Of a stretch of DNA of 64,000 nt, positions 50,778-61,169 are shown one piece after another. The stretch spans positions 4,902-68,901 of the IMG/VR virus record IMGVR_UViG_3300025769_000095; one strand, given 5' to 3'. The translations under genes were made by a program, and so were the position numbers. This DNA comes from a virus. Positions within the stretch are counted from its first letter, which is position 1; every line of letters begins with the position of its first letter. The notes below the pieces were generated by a model. That model searched no databases, had not been told where the DNA came from, and worked only from the letters and a program-made list of their open reading frames with translations.

Positions 50778-53453
50778 TTATTGCCCAGCAGCAGCTGGGT
50801 TTGCCTGTTCAAGAAAAGCCTGTAATTCTTTATCTGTTAATTCACCTAACGTTTTAAATACATTTGCAAAGTCAGGGTTTTGAATTCCTAATGCTGCAGC
50901 AAATTCTTTGACAGTCATTCTTGCTAACTCATTTTTATTTTTAATAGCATCTTTCATATACTGCATCTGATTAAGAGTTGATCCAGTATCCATCATTATA
51001 TTCATTAAATTGTCTCTAGCTGCTGCTTGAGCAGCTCTGTTTTGAGCATTAAGTACATCAGCTTGTTGTTGCATCTGAGAAGTAATACCTACATTTCTAT
51101 CACCTCTTGACCCTCTTGCCATAGACATTTGGTCATTGTATTGCTGAGCTGATAATAATGATTGTGACTGAGCATCTTGAGTACCTCGCATAATAGCATT
51201 AGCTCTATTTAAAAATTGACCATAACTACCTGCTCCTTGAGAAGCTGCTTGCATTGCAGCATTCTTTTGAAGGTTAGCTTGGTTAAGCATAAACTGTGGA
51301 TCAATTCCTGTTTCAGAAAAATATTGGTCCTGTGCTGCAAAGTTAGGTAATCTTGGATCTACTACTTCAGGTTTTTGAAATGCATCAATAGCAGATCCTA
51401 AAATACCTGCTCCTTTTAAAGCTAATGCTGCAGTATTCAATCCTCCTAAATCATCAACAGTTTTAGTTATAGCTGCACCAACACCTTTTCTACCTTGTGG
51501 AGCTACAGCAGGTTTAACTAATGAAGCAGCTGCTTGTTGACTAGCTGCAAGTTGAGCTGCTTGTACTTGACTAGGATCAACTCCTTGATTTTTATTAAAA
51601 GCAGCACCAATAGCAGGTAATGTAGTTGTCCAACGAGCAGGTTTATTAGCAGCAGCAGAAGGAGTAGTAGTAGAAGAAGTAGCAGCAGAAGGAGGCGAAC
51701 TTGTTGCTGCATTTCCACTTGCACTTGTCCCTCTATTTCCTCCACTTCCTTGACTAGCTCCTTGTGATGAAGATGATGAAGGTGGTGAAGATGATGTTGC
51801 ATCTACAGGATTAGTTAAAATAGCTTGTTGTAAATTTGGAGCAAAAAAATCGTATGAAGGAGCATAAGGAGTAGTTGAATTATTAGTTGTTCCCGCAGCT
51901 AATTGTTTTAAAGATTCAGCTTCTGCGTCTTTCATAGCTTGTGTAGATCCACCATATGCTTTATATACATTATCTAGCCTAGTACCTCTAATAGGTTTAA
52001 AACCTGAATCATATATATAAGAGTATGGATATTTCATTCCCCAAGTTTCAAGAGCAGTTTTATATTCGTCACTACTAGAATAATCACTTCTGCGAGGTGC
52101 TGGAGGAGGATCACCTCCTGAAACAAGACCATTACTAGCTTTTAACTTTCCACCGTATTGTCTTTTAGAAAACATTTTTTTTTGATCAGCATAAAAGTTA
52201 TTAGGTTGGCTATCATCCATAAAATTATTAGCCATGTTATAAGCGTCATTTAAATTAGAAACAAAATCTATTCCTTTACCAAATATTCTTGCTATTTTAG
52301 TACCCGTTCCAACAATAGGAATAGCTGATGTTAAATCTGATATTTCACTTAATGTAGGTAATGTTTGTGGAAAATTTTTAAGTGGTCCCATATCTCCTTT
52401 ACCCCTGCCAATCCAACTTTGATATGCTCTATGTGCATCATCCCATGATGATACTCCAGTTGGGTCTGCTAATTCAATAAGATTTTCTAAAAGAGTATCT
52501 TCTTTAAGTACAGCTTTATTAAGATAGTCATCAATATCTTGGTTGACTTGAGCTCTTTGTGTTTTAACAGGAGGTTCTTGCATAACACCCCCAAACGGCA
52601 TCATAGGCATTTGACCTTGTTGCATTTGTTGTTGAGGCATGCCTTGCTGCTGTTGCATCATTTGTTGCTGTTGTATTTGCTCTTCTGTAGGAGCACCTGC
52701 TTGCATTCTTTGAGAAGCTTGCATTTGTTGTTGAGCAGCTTGTTCTTGCATTTGTTTTTTCATTGCTTCTCCATACTCAGCAAGTTTCTTTAACTCTCTT
52801 TCTTTAGTAGCCATTGAAATAGAGTCTGTATATTTTCCAAACTTCTTTTCTATTTCAGCAGCTTTCTGAGCTAATGTCATACCGTTAGGTAATGTAATTG
52901 CATCAGAAAAAACAAATCCATCTCCAGGGCCAGCTGAAGAATACATTTCTTGTTTTTCTATTTCAGCAGCACCTTGTTGTGGGTTCATTGTAGGATTACC
53001 ATTTGCATCAACAGCTTGTCCACCCATTGAATGAGGAGGAGCATTGTATTGTTTCATTGGACCACCAAACTGATAACTCTTTAATTTACCCCCACACATA
53101 TAAGGATTAGAAACTTGTGGTAATACTTGCCCAGGTTTAAATTCTTCTTGTTTATTACCTAAGCCTTGTAGAACAGAACCAAGGATATTAGTACCTGCAC
53201 TTGCAATAGTACCAACTCCAGGAATCATATTTAAAGCAGGAGAAGCACCTTGCAAAACACTTCCTATATCACCTACATTAAATTTTTCTCCACTTGCAAG
53301 TTTAGTAGCAACTGTACCTAATGCTGGTGTAGCACTGCTTAATAAATTATTAGCAAGGCTTTCTTGAGTATCTTGTTGTTGCGTATTTTGCTGTTGACCA
53401 CCAGATGCATTACTAAACATCTGCATCATCATTCGCATCATTAACTCATTCAT
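50778..53453 (-). CDS. Low-complexity virion cargo (ejection) protein
   Basis: Q/M-rich and S/A-rich tracts, glycine-rich amphipathic helices, PHSMGG...EIEKQE...VFSD motif; directly after the muzzle gene. Confidence 0.6.
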   Translation of the reverse strand: MNELMMRMMMQMFSNASGGQQQNTQQQDTQESLANNLLSSATPALGTVATKLASGEKFNVGDIGSVLQGASPALNMIPGVGTIASAGTNILGSVLQGLGNKQEEFKPGQVLPQVSNPYMCGGKLKSYQFGGPMKQYNAPPHSMGGQAVDANGNPTMNPQQGAAEIEKQEMYSSAGPGDGFVFSDAITLPNGMTLAQKAAEIEKKFGKYTDSISMATKERELKKLAEYGEAMKKQMQEQAAQQQMQASQRMQAGAPTEEQIQQQQMMQQQQGMPQQQMQQGQMPMMPFGGVMQEPPVKTQRAQVNQDIDDYLNKAVLKEDTLLENLIELADPTGVSSWDDAHRAYQSWIGRGKGDMGPLKNFPQTLPTLSEISDLTSAIPIVGTGTKIARIFGKGIDFVSNLNDAYNMANNFMDDSQPNNFYADQKKMFSKRQYGGKLKASNGLVSGGDPPPAPRRSDYSSSDEYKTALETWGMKYPYSYIYDSGFKPIRGTRLDNVYKAYGGSTQAMKDAEAESLKQLAAGTTNNSTTPYAPSYDFFAPNLQQAILTNPVDATSSSPPSSSSSQGASQGSGGNRGTSASGNAATSSPPSAATSSTTTPSAAANKPARWTTTLPAIGAAFNKNQGVDPSQVQAAQLAASQQAAASLVKPAVAPQGRKGVGAAITKTVDDLGGLNTAALALKGAGILGSAIDAFQKPEVVDPRLPNFAAQDQYFSETGIDPQFMLNQANLQKNAAMQAASQGAGSYGQFLNRANAIMRGTQDAQSQSLLSAQQYNDQMSMARGSRGDRNVGITSQMQQQADVLNAQNRAAQAAARDNLMNIMMDTGSTLNQMQYMKDAIKNKNELARMTVKEFAAALGIQNPDFANVFKTLGELTDKELQAFLEQANPAAAGQ

Positions 53454-56400
53454 AAGCTTCTATTTCTGTGCAAGGTTCTGATTAAGTCTACAATAATTTT
53501 ACTTGAAGAACTGTAAAACAATCTGACTTTCCAAAATCTGCTTTTTATTGGGGCTAAATAATATTGTGATAAATTAGGGTTAATACCAATTGGTACTTTG
53601 TCAATAAAATATTGTCCTTTAATTGAGTTCCAATCAGACGTAAAAACAATATTACTCACAGCCATATTATAAATTTGATTAACTCTATAATGATCTGTGG
53701 CATATGCAACTGTTGCTTGGAATCCAGAAAAGAACCTAAAGTGATCTTGCTTTCCAGTTAAAAATAATTCTCCAGTAGATTGATTGTCCGTATAAACTAT
53801 CATTTTGTCAAACGTAGGAAATATAGATCTTGACCAAGTTTTAGTACTTTCAACCCATTGTCTTGTATATGCATAATAGTCTACATGGTCTATGTCTGAT
53901 GGTTCAAAGTTTTGTGCTGTTGCTATAAACTCAATAATGAAGGAATGTGGTTCATTAAAGAAGGTATTAAATGTTTTACTGTCATGCCTCCATACATCCT
54001 TTCCTTGACAAGAGTAAATATGCATTGCATCATTAAAAGTCCATGATGGAAACCAAGAATGAAATGATGCCCATGCCATTAACTCAAATGAAAATGAAAT
54101 AGAAAAAGATCTATTTTCAAAATAGTCAGGATTACCTAATTTAACAAAAGTGTAGTCCTGAGTTTTAGCATCAATCCACACAAAAGAATTATAACGAGTT
54201 GAATAATACAATCCTGTATTTTTAACTAAATAAGGATTACCGTATATAATTCCTCCACCATTAAGATTTTCTAATATTCCTACATAGTTTATTGGATAAT
54301 AATCTCGTTTATAAATAAATACTCTTTTATGAAACGGATCGTAGGTGCATTTAATTCCCACACCTGATACAATACTATCAGTAGCAACATACGGATGAAG
54401 CTCTTTAGGTAAAGCTAAAGGAAGATTATTTCTTAAAAACTTTTGATTTCCAAACTTCTTTGAAGATAATTCTTGAACCCCTTGACTTATAAGGAATACT
54501 GTACCATTGTCACCATCTACATAAACTCTTCCAAACTCAGTATCACAATGAGCAAATCTTCCTTGCGAACCTGCATATCCATAATCAGTTTTTGAAAACT
54601 CACTTGGTGGAATTGCTAAGAAATCTCCTGTACCTAAATAAACAGTATTTACATCTGTTTGGAGTTGTTGGGGATTAGGATATAAGGCATGGAGAGACTC
54701 CCATGTATGCACCCACAATGTTTTACCATCATAGTAGAGTCCTGATATTTCTCCTTTGTCTTCTCCAACAATTGTATAATTTTCATTAAGGTAAGTCCTA
54801 AATTCATCACTAATACTTTCTACAAATTGTTTATCTGACCATACAATATGATTAGGATAATAACCTATACAATCTTTGCAATAATTATATGATAATGGTA
54901 GACTTACAAATGTTGTAATATTTAAAGTAGAGAAATCATTATTGTAATAAAACTGAATTGGTTTAGGATCTAATTGGTAATTTCCTTCATCTGTAATGTT
55001 TCCAAATTTGGAAAGTATAAAATCCGGAGGAAGAGGATCTACACCTGTATAAATAGTATTGCTAGGTATTGTACCTCCATGTCTAAGAGCTACATTTATT
55101 TCAGAAGAAAAGAATAGGTTTTTAATTTGACGAGCTTCTATATTATAAGGGTCATTATTATAATCTGTATAGTGAGTATGTTTTATTGAAAAGAAAGATA
55201 AAGGTCCAACATATACATCCCCTCCTATAACTGTGTTGGGCGCATCGTTTGTAAGTAAATCACTTTGTACTTTTACATAAGGTATAGTAAATAAGTTACT
55301 GTGTACATTAGGATTATCTTGTTTTAATAATCCCATTCTTATTTTAGTAGTAGAAACAAATTCATCTTCTCCATACGCAGGAATTAAAGGTACAGGTTCT
55401 GATGTATGAGCTACCGTAAATTTATTATATTGACTTTCATTATTTACAGCATATGGATAAAATGCACTTCCTGCAGCAATAGTCTCTTTAGGTCTTACAT
55501 TAACTGTTTGTTGTAATTTAAAAGTATTAGGTACATAAACAGAATTAATTTTAGCATAGTTAAACCTATCTCCACTAATAGAAATGTCATTATTTTCTAT
55601 TGTTTTCCAATTATCAGATACTGCTTGATTAGGATCATATCCTTGAGTATCAGTAGTAACATAACAAAAAGTTTCTACTGTTTTACCTATCATTGTTTGT
55701 TTTTCAAACAATAATTTAGGACTAAATATTTGTATTTGATCACTAAACCAATCAGGATCTCCTTCATCTACAAAAGGATCAGATGGATTATAATCTTGAT
55801 TTAAGAAATCAAGTTTTGTAATATCTTCACCCCTAGGTGATATTCTTGTATAAGCTACTGTATCAAGGACAGTTCTATTTATAAAATCTCTTTTACCATA
55901 TACTATATAATGACCTGTAATATCTGGATGTGGGTATTCAACTTTTGAAACAGTAATACCTAGTCCTCGACTAAATACTTTTTGATTTGGAAATTCCCCT
56001 TCAACTCTAAATAAACTTGTTGGGCTTGGAAACCTATGATGTTTAATTGGTTGACCTGTTAAGTCTCCAAAAATATGTTTACCATTACATGATATGTCAG
56101 GATAAGTTGATTCAATATTTTCATTACCTGGAATATGAAACACAGGAGAATAAAATCCTTGTTTAAATACATATACAATCCCTAATGCATATATTTCTCC
56201 ATATTGAAAATAGGAGTGATTGATTGCATTTTTACTATTGCCAATAGGAGCTCCATAAGTAACAAGTAAATCAATGTCATAGATAATCTTATGCAAAGGA
56301 TTAGGATCATTAGTAATTGTATCTGATACAAAAGTTATGTTTACTGGTCTTACCCAATAAGTACCTTCTTGAATCCAACCTTCACCTAATGGTTTGCCAG

Positions 56401-57685
56401 GCCCTTCTACTTTTTCTCTTGCATAAAATTTCTTTTCTAACCATTCTCCCTCTGGAGTAGCTTTACCTTCATACTCATAATATGTCCACCCACTACCTGT
56501 TAAACACAATGGAATATTATCAGGCCCTAATTTTGTAGGGCCTAAATTTGAACATACATCAAATTCAATGTTTTCTAAAATGTTGTTAAAGTTTTGAAAT
56601 ACTCTTGCTTCTTTAACAAAAGGTTCTACTTTAACTTTATTAGCAGACTTTTGAAATTCACTATAATCAATATCAGCAAGACCTCTAAGATTAGCTCTTA
56701 CTAATCTACTTTGGACAATCTTCATATCTTGAGAAGTAGTCCATACAGGATCTCGTGTTGTTACTTTTGCTAAATCAGATTGAATATCTGAAGCAATATT
56801 TACACCTCTGTAAATATATTCTTTATAATTGTCACCTTCAATAGGGATTAATTCTCCTGTTTCATAGACAGCTGCTGTTGTAGAATCTCCTGTATTGTAT
56901 ACAATAGTGTATAATCTGACATAAGCATAATCAGGATCTAAGTTTGAAAATGCAAGTTTGATACTTTTATCAGCAGGAGGTACTCCACCATCAGCAGGTA
57001 ATGTGTGTCTTATATTTTCATTACCTGTAATAGAATCCCATGTATCTTGAAAAGAAGAGGCATAAATATTTACACCATCTGAAAGTATTGACTTTTGTAC
57101 GGTATTAAGTTCTTTGTCTAAAATTTCAATAACAAAAAAATACTTCCCTAATTCTAAACTACCTCCAGAATCATATACTTCAACTGCTTGCACAGTTGGC
57201 ATTTGAATAACTCTTTGTAATCTGAGTTTTTCAATATTCCAAGAATCATCTAAGTTTTTATATTCTTTAAGATTATCAATATTAACAACTCTATCAGGAT
57301 TTACACCATCTTGAAAATATACATATGTCTCACAACCATTAAGTGTTTTGTATAAACCTTTGATTGGATGATCAGTATTAAACCTTAAATCTATGTCATT
57401 GATAAGAGTAGTATACTTGTCATCTTCTACAATACCTATTTCAGATTGATTTTCAACACTAGTAGAAAATACAATAGTTTTTCTACGACCAATATTAACA
57501 GTGCCTATTACAGTATAAGGAGCTGAATAAACATATTGATTTCCTTCCTCATTTTGTACTTTAAATGAGTCTCCATCAATATTGTCATAAGTACCATTAA
57601 GAACAAAACTAGAAGATTGATCTAGCCGACTTGTTTCAAAGTCGTCCGTTCTTAATCCCCTCGTAAGTGTATCTTGTGAAATCAT
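53450..57685 (-). CDS. Tail stabilization (muzzle) protein, crAss-like
   Basis: 1411 aa, beta-rich; NEEGN, GEIYALGIVY...SPVFHIPG, IVWS, GEI, GSQ, SFSISFS...WASFHSW.P motifs. Confidence 0.8.
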   Translation of the reverse strand: MISQDTLTRGLRTDDFETSRLDQSSSFVLNGTYDNIDGDSFKVQNEEGNQYVYSAPYTVIGTVNIGRRKTIVFSTSVENQSEIGIVEDDKYTTLINDIDLRFNTDHPIKGLYKTLNGCETYVYFQDGVNPDRVVNIDNLKEYKNLDDSWNIEKLRLQRVIQMPTVQAVEVYDSGGSLELGKYFFVIEILDKELNTVQKSILSDGVNIYASSFQDTWDSITGNENIRHTLPADGGVPPADKSIKLAFSNLDPDYAYVRLYTIVYNTGDSTTAAVYETGELIPIEGDNYKEYIYRGVNIASDIQSDLAKVTTRDPVWTTSQDMKIVQSRLVRANLRGLADIDYSEFQKSANKVKVEPFVKEARVFQNFNNILENIEFDVCSNLGPTKLGPDNIPLCLTGSGWTYYEYEGKATPEGEWLEKKFYAREKVEGPGKPLGEGWIQEGTYWVRPVNITFVSDTITNDPNPLHKIIYDIDLLVTYGAPIGNSKNAINHSYFQYGEIYALGIVYVFKQGFYSPVFHIPGNENIESTYPDISCNGKHIFGDLTGQPIKHHRFPSPTSLFRVEGEFPNQKVFSRGLGITVSKVEYPHPDITGHYIVYGKRDFINRTVLDTVAYTRISPRGEDITKLDFLNQDYNPSDPFVDEGDPDWFSDQIQIFSPKLLFEKQTMIGKTVETFCYVTTDTQGYDPNQAVSDNWKTIENNDISISGDRFNYAKINSVYVPNTFKLQQTVNVRPKETIAAGSAFYPYAVNNESQYNKFTVAHTSEPVPLIPAYGEDEFVSTTKIRMGLLKQDNPNVHSNLFTIPYVKVQSDLLTNDAPNTVIGGDVYVGPLSFFSIKHTHYTDYNNDPYNIEARQIKNLFFSSEINVALRHGGTIPSNTIYTGVDPLPPDFILSKFGNITDEGNYQLDPKPIQFYYNNDFSTLNITTFVSLPLSYNYCKDCIGYYPNHIVWSDKQFVESISDEFRTYLNENYTIVGEDKGEISGLYYDGKTLWVHTWESLHALYPNPQQLQTDVNTVYLGTGDFLAIPPSEFSKTDYGYAGSQGRFAHCDTEFGRVYVDGDNGTVFLISQGVQELSSKKFGNQKFLRNNLPLALPKELHPYVATDSIVSGVGIKCTYDPFHKRVFIYKRDYYPINYVGILENLNGGGIIYGNPYLVKNTGLYYSTRYNSFVWIDAKTQDYTFVKLGNPDYFENRSFSISFSFELMAWASFHSWFPSWTFNDAMHIYSCQGKDVWRHDSKTFNTFFNEPHSFIIEFIATAQNFEPSDIDHVDYYAYTRQWVESTKTWSRSIFPTFDKMIVYTDNQSTGELFLTGKQDHFRFFSGFQATVAYATDHYRVNQIYNMAVSNIVFTSDWNSIKGQYFIDKVPIGINPNLSQYYLAPIKSRFWKVRLFYSSSSKIIVDLIRTLHRNRSL

Positions 57686-58439
57686 CCCTTAAGGCTTGTG
57701 GTACACCAATTCTTCTTGCTGTCTTTAGAACGATGTCCTTGTTTAATTTATAATTAAATGCTGTCAATCGCAATATACTACGCGCTTCTCTAATTCTTAG
57801 CAAAGCATCCATTTCTAATTGCTTAGGATTAATCTGCATTCTTTCTCCATATAACATTCTATTCTCAACATGCTTCCATTTAGCCCAGTCAGCAAGTGCC
57901 TCCCAAAGTTCAACTGGGTATTCTGGAATCATAATATCTCCTTCACTATCTTCCTCTTCCCTGTAATATTCAAGTGCAATTACACCTTCTTCAAAAGACG
58001 CTTGTTTTATATTAGCAGAACCTTCTACATCCATATAAACATGAGTGCATGTACTCACATTAATTTTAGAAGTATAGTTCTTATCACCAGAACCAAAGTA
58101 TTCCATTGGAATCCAAAATGAGTTCCAATGCTTTGACTCTATCCATGTTTCATAATTAATAGTACCATCATCATTAAAGATACTTGTTGATTCTTCCTCA
58201 GTTAAAGGTGTTCCTGTCCATACTTTGATACTGTTAATCTTTCTTACATTATCTGGTATTTGAAACTTATGATTATTTACAGGTATAAAGCATATGTCCT
58301 TTACCCACAGAAGAGAAGGATAATTAAACTTCTTAAATGCTTGAGCAGCCCATGATAACAACTGATCATCATCTCCTTCAAGTTTTCTAATTGCATTAGG
58401 CAAATAGTTAAACACATGCTTTAATGGGAACTTTCTCAT
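57636..58439 (-). CDS. Tail ring/tubular protein
   Basis: V.NHK.QIP, SFEEG...LEY...EGDIMIP...EAL; directly upstream of the muzzle gene as in crAss-like phages. Confidence 0.65.
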   Translation of the reverse strand: MRKFPLKHVFNYLPNAIRKLEGDDDQLLSWAAQAFKKFNYPSLLWVKDICFIPVNNHKFQIPDNVRKINSIKVWTGTPLTEEESTSIFNDDGTINYETWIESKHWNSFWIPMEYFGSGDKNYTSKINVSTCTHVYMDVEGSANIKQASFEEGVIALEYYREEEDSEGDIMIPEYPVELWEALADWAKWKHVENRMLYGERMQINPKQLEMDALLRIREARSILRLTAFNYKLNKDIVLKTARRIGVPQALRDDFTRYTYEGIKNGRL

Positions 58440-59026
58440 TTTGATATATTATCTAAATTATGAATCTTGTGAGGATTATCCATAAGTATTTTACTAATTA
58501 ACTTTTTTGTACTCCTTACAAATCTAAAATGCCAGAACTCTGCAAAATAAACACTTCCTGTTTTATACCATTTTAACAAGGGGGAATAATTGTCAGTATG
58601 TCTATTATCAATTTTTGTAATAGGTACTTTATTCTTTTTCCCATAATCAAGAGATTCTCTAATAGATAGATTTTCATTCCCTTTTATACGTTTAATCTTT
58701 TGTACTTGATTATACAAATCCATCCTTCCATTCTTAGGTTTCCACTTATACATTTTTAAATCTCCTAGTCTGTTAGACATTCTGTATGAAGAACCTTCCA
58801 TTAAATATGGAATAAGATGTTTATAAAATGATTTTACTATTTCTGAATATTGATAATAATCAAGTGAATATTTATGATCTTCTACTAAGTTTTTAGTTGG
58901 AACATAAGGTCTTGGTATAACACCATCAGGAGACTTATAATTCTTTTTGTATGGATACATCAAGAATAAATCAATCATCCCTCTTACCTTTCTATATCCC
59001 AACTTCGGGATTTCCTTCTTGGACAT
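58436..59026 (-). CDS. IHF/HU-like protein of the crAss tail module
   Basis: Basic; Y.MSNRLGDL.M.K and NRHTD motifs; sits between the ring protein genes. Confidence 0.55.
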   Translation of the reverse strand: MSKKEIPKLGYRKVRGMIDLFLMYPYKKNYKSPDGVIPRPYVPTKNLVEDHKYSLDYYQYSEIVKSFYKHLIPYLMEGSSYRMSNRLGDLKMYKWKPKNGRMDLYNQVQKIKRIKGNENLSIRESLDYGKKNKVPITKIDNRHTDNYSPLLKWYKTGSVYFAEFWHFRFVRSTKKLISKILMDNPHKIHNLDNISK

Positions 59027-59669
59027 CTGCTTGTTCTCTTTGTAACATTCCTGGTAATGTAGCTGCTACCTGATTAAAAATAATATTATTTATCTCAGCA
59101 GGAATTTTAATATCTACATCATACATATCAACACATCCACTAGGTTCTCCTTCAGTTCCTCCTGAATCATCACAATACTGGATACCTTCCCATTGGGTAA
59201 TATCTTGAAACACACCTTCTATTTGAATAGCCTTAAGAGTAATACCTGCTGGTACATTCCAAATAAGAATCTTACCATTCTTCTGAGTAGCTCTTAATCT
59301 TTTACCTTTTATATAATCTGTCATTTCTGACATAATAGCTTCCTCAGTAGTAAGACCTATAATCCTACCATCTAAAGTTCTAATGCGTCTTGAATCAGCA
59401 GCTCTTAATGAAAGTGTTTCTGGTATAGGATAAAGTGTTTTAAATACTAAACAACCATGAGGAATACATCCACACTCATGGGAGAGACCTTCTTCAAGTT
59501 CTACACAAAAAGTATTATACACCCATTCAGGTAAATATCTTTCTTGCTTTAGCTTTTGTGCTAAAACTTGATTCTTTACTCTGTTCCATTCAGCATAAAT
59601 TAAACTTGGTGAGTAGTTGTCTAATTTATACTTATCCCTTAGTTCTGAAATAATTTTTCCCAATTTCAT
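58992..59669 (-). CDS. Tail ring protein
   Basis: TFCVELE...C.C...KT..PIPE, IEGVFQD, C...YD....IP pattern; synteny. Confidence 0.6.
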   Translation of the reverse strand: MKLGKIISELRDKYKLDNYSPSLIYAEWNRVKNQVLAQKLKQERYLPEWVYNTFCVELEEGLSHECGCIPHGCLVFKTLYPIPETLSLRAADSRRIRTLDGRIIGLTTEEAIMSEMTDYIKGKRLRATQKNGKILIWNVPAGITLKAIQIEGVFQDITQWEGIQYCDDSGGTEGEPSGCVDMYDVDIKIPAEINNIIFNQVAATLPGMLQREQADVQEGNPEVGI

Positions 59670-60456
59670 GGAGTGGTAATTTAGGTATTATGTATGTGGT
59701 GTATGTTTCATCATGAAAATGGTCTACAAATAAATCTTTAATCTCTATATCAATATACTTTTCTATACACCATGTATAAATGTTTAACTGTATTGTATAT
59801 TTAGAAAAATTTGTATTGTCTAAAAAATCAAAAGGATAAAGCATTGTTTCATAAGGATTTTCAATCTTAATTTCTTTGTCTGTTTTATTATCTCTCATCT
59901 GATAGCATTGTTTCTTTTTATTCCAAAACAATCCATCTGTCATTCCACAAATCCCTAAATCAAAGTCTGCTACAATTCCTTCTATATAAACTGGTTTTAA
60001 ATACTTTTTCTTTTCTTTAATAAACTCATCTAAATACTCAATAGTTTCTTTATTCTTTTGACCTATCCAAGCATTCTCTAAATAATCATGTATTCTATTC
60101 CCTCTTGCTAATCCTTTGTCTTTGGCACTTTCCCATTGATTACTTAATTCAGATACATCAATTTCTACTTCTGTAAAATGGACTTTCTTACCGTCTATTA
60201 CATAACTAAGTTCTTCTTTGACAGGATAAATTTTAACATTATTATTCTTTAGAGTCTTGTATTTAAGCCAATACTCCTTATGGAATTTTGGTGTAAAAGA
60301 CTCTTTAATAAACTTTGTTACAGAATGTAACTCTCTATCTCCGTAAAAATATCTATGTTGGTCAGGATCAAATCGAATATTTTCAAATACCGAGAACAGA
60401 TTGTCTTCTTCCTCCGAACTTATCTTTGAACCCAGGAACCCAGAATATGTATCCAT
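59632..60456 (-). CDS. PD-(D/E)xK nuclease (Cas4/RecB-like)
   Basis: HRY...SVTKFI, RGNRIH, GICGMTD, DNKT, YTIQLNIY. Confidence 0.8.
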   Translation of the reverse strand: MDTYSGFLGSKISSEEEDNLFSVFENIRFDPDQHRYFYGDRELHSVTKFIKESFTPKFHKEYWLKYKTLKNNNVKIYPVKEELSYVIDGKKVHFTEVEIDVSELSNQWESAKDKGLARGNRIHDYLENAWIGQKNKETIEYLDEFIKEKKKYLKPVYIEGIVADFDLGICGMTDGLFWNKKKQCYQMRDNKTDKEIKIENPYETMLYPFDFLDNTNFSKYTIQLNIYTWCIEKYIDIEIKDLFVDHFHDETYTTYIIPKLPLHEIGKNYFRTKG

Positions 60457-60835
60457 GTGACTTTTTTAAAGCTTTGTAAGAATGTAATGAATTGGCTTGA
60501 AGGATATGGTAATCTCCAGGCTTTATAGTCTTTGTATTACCATTCTCACCATGTTCAATCAAACCTTCATTTAAAATAAGAATCTCATACTTCACATTAT
60601 CTTCATACAAATGATCTGAAATATAAGAATCTTTTTCCGCAACAAAACGAATCAAAGTCAAATACTTACTTTGGTGAGCAAGATAATGAATGCCAAACTC
60701 TGGATGTTCATCATTGAATGGTTTCCATTCATTATAAACTACAGATGCAGAAGTTACTTGTCCTGACTTGTTGATAATAGGTACAGCAAGTTCATTGTGT
60801 AATTCTGTTTTTACACTCATTATTTGTGTTTCCAT
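60383..60835 (-). CDS. Cupin-like protein
   Basis: DH...E...LNEG...IKPGDYH.L..N.LHSY; start set to METQIM. Confidence 0.55.
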   Translation of the reverse strand: METQIMSVKTELHNELAVPIINKSGQVTSASVVYNEWKPFNDEHPEFGIHYLAHQSKYLTLIRFVAEKDSYISDHLYEDNVKYEILILNEGLIEHGENGNTKTIKPGDYHILQANSLHSYKALKKSHGYIFWVPGFKDKFGGRRQSVLGI

Positions 60836-60863
60836 TGTTCGCCTTTCTAAGACTCTCTCTTTT

Positions 60864-61169
60864 TTACTTTTGGTTATTCCTAAGAAAGTCTTCAAGCCTT
60901 TCCATAAGTCGAGATCCCCAATCATCAATTTTAGATTGTAAATCATTGTCGTTACTATTTAATACTTTTAAAACTGTAAGCATTTCATGATAACTTACGA
61001 GATAGTCCTTATTGACTTTCATCAAATCATTATGATATTTATTCTCAATCCTATTGGCTCTTACCCATAGAGCTACAATAGCAATCATCATAATGATTAA
61101 ACAAAATCCAAATATATAACCAGGTTGTATCCCCCAAGTGTCATTTATAATATTGGATAATAATATCAT
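60864..61169 (-). CDS. Single-TM membrane protein, putative holin
   Basis: Hydrophobic helix YIFGFCLIIMMIAIVALW followed by a coiled coil; ATGA overlap start at 61169. Confidence 0.45.
   Translation of the reverse strand: MILLSNIINDTWGIQPGYIFGFCLIIMMIAIVALWVRANRIENKYHNDLMKVNKDYLVSYHEMLTVLKVLNSNDNDLQSKIDDWGSRLMERLEDFLRNNQK

Noticed and set aside
51640-52760. Trinucleotide-like repeats (gca/gta/tgt runs)
   Set aside because: They encode the S/A/T- and Q/M-rich linkers of the cargo protein and are not an independent repeat element
377-58121. Short antisense or alternate-frame ORFs in the track (e.g. 3666-4142, 4362-4886, 9443-9772, 41977-42249, 51518-51802)
   Set aside because: They are nested in well-supported genes, lack motifs, and reflect codon bias or low-complexity shadows
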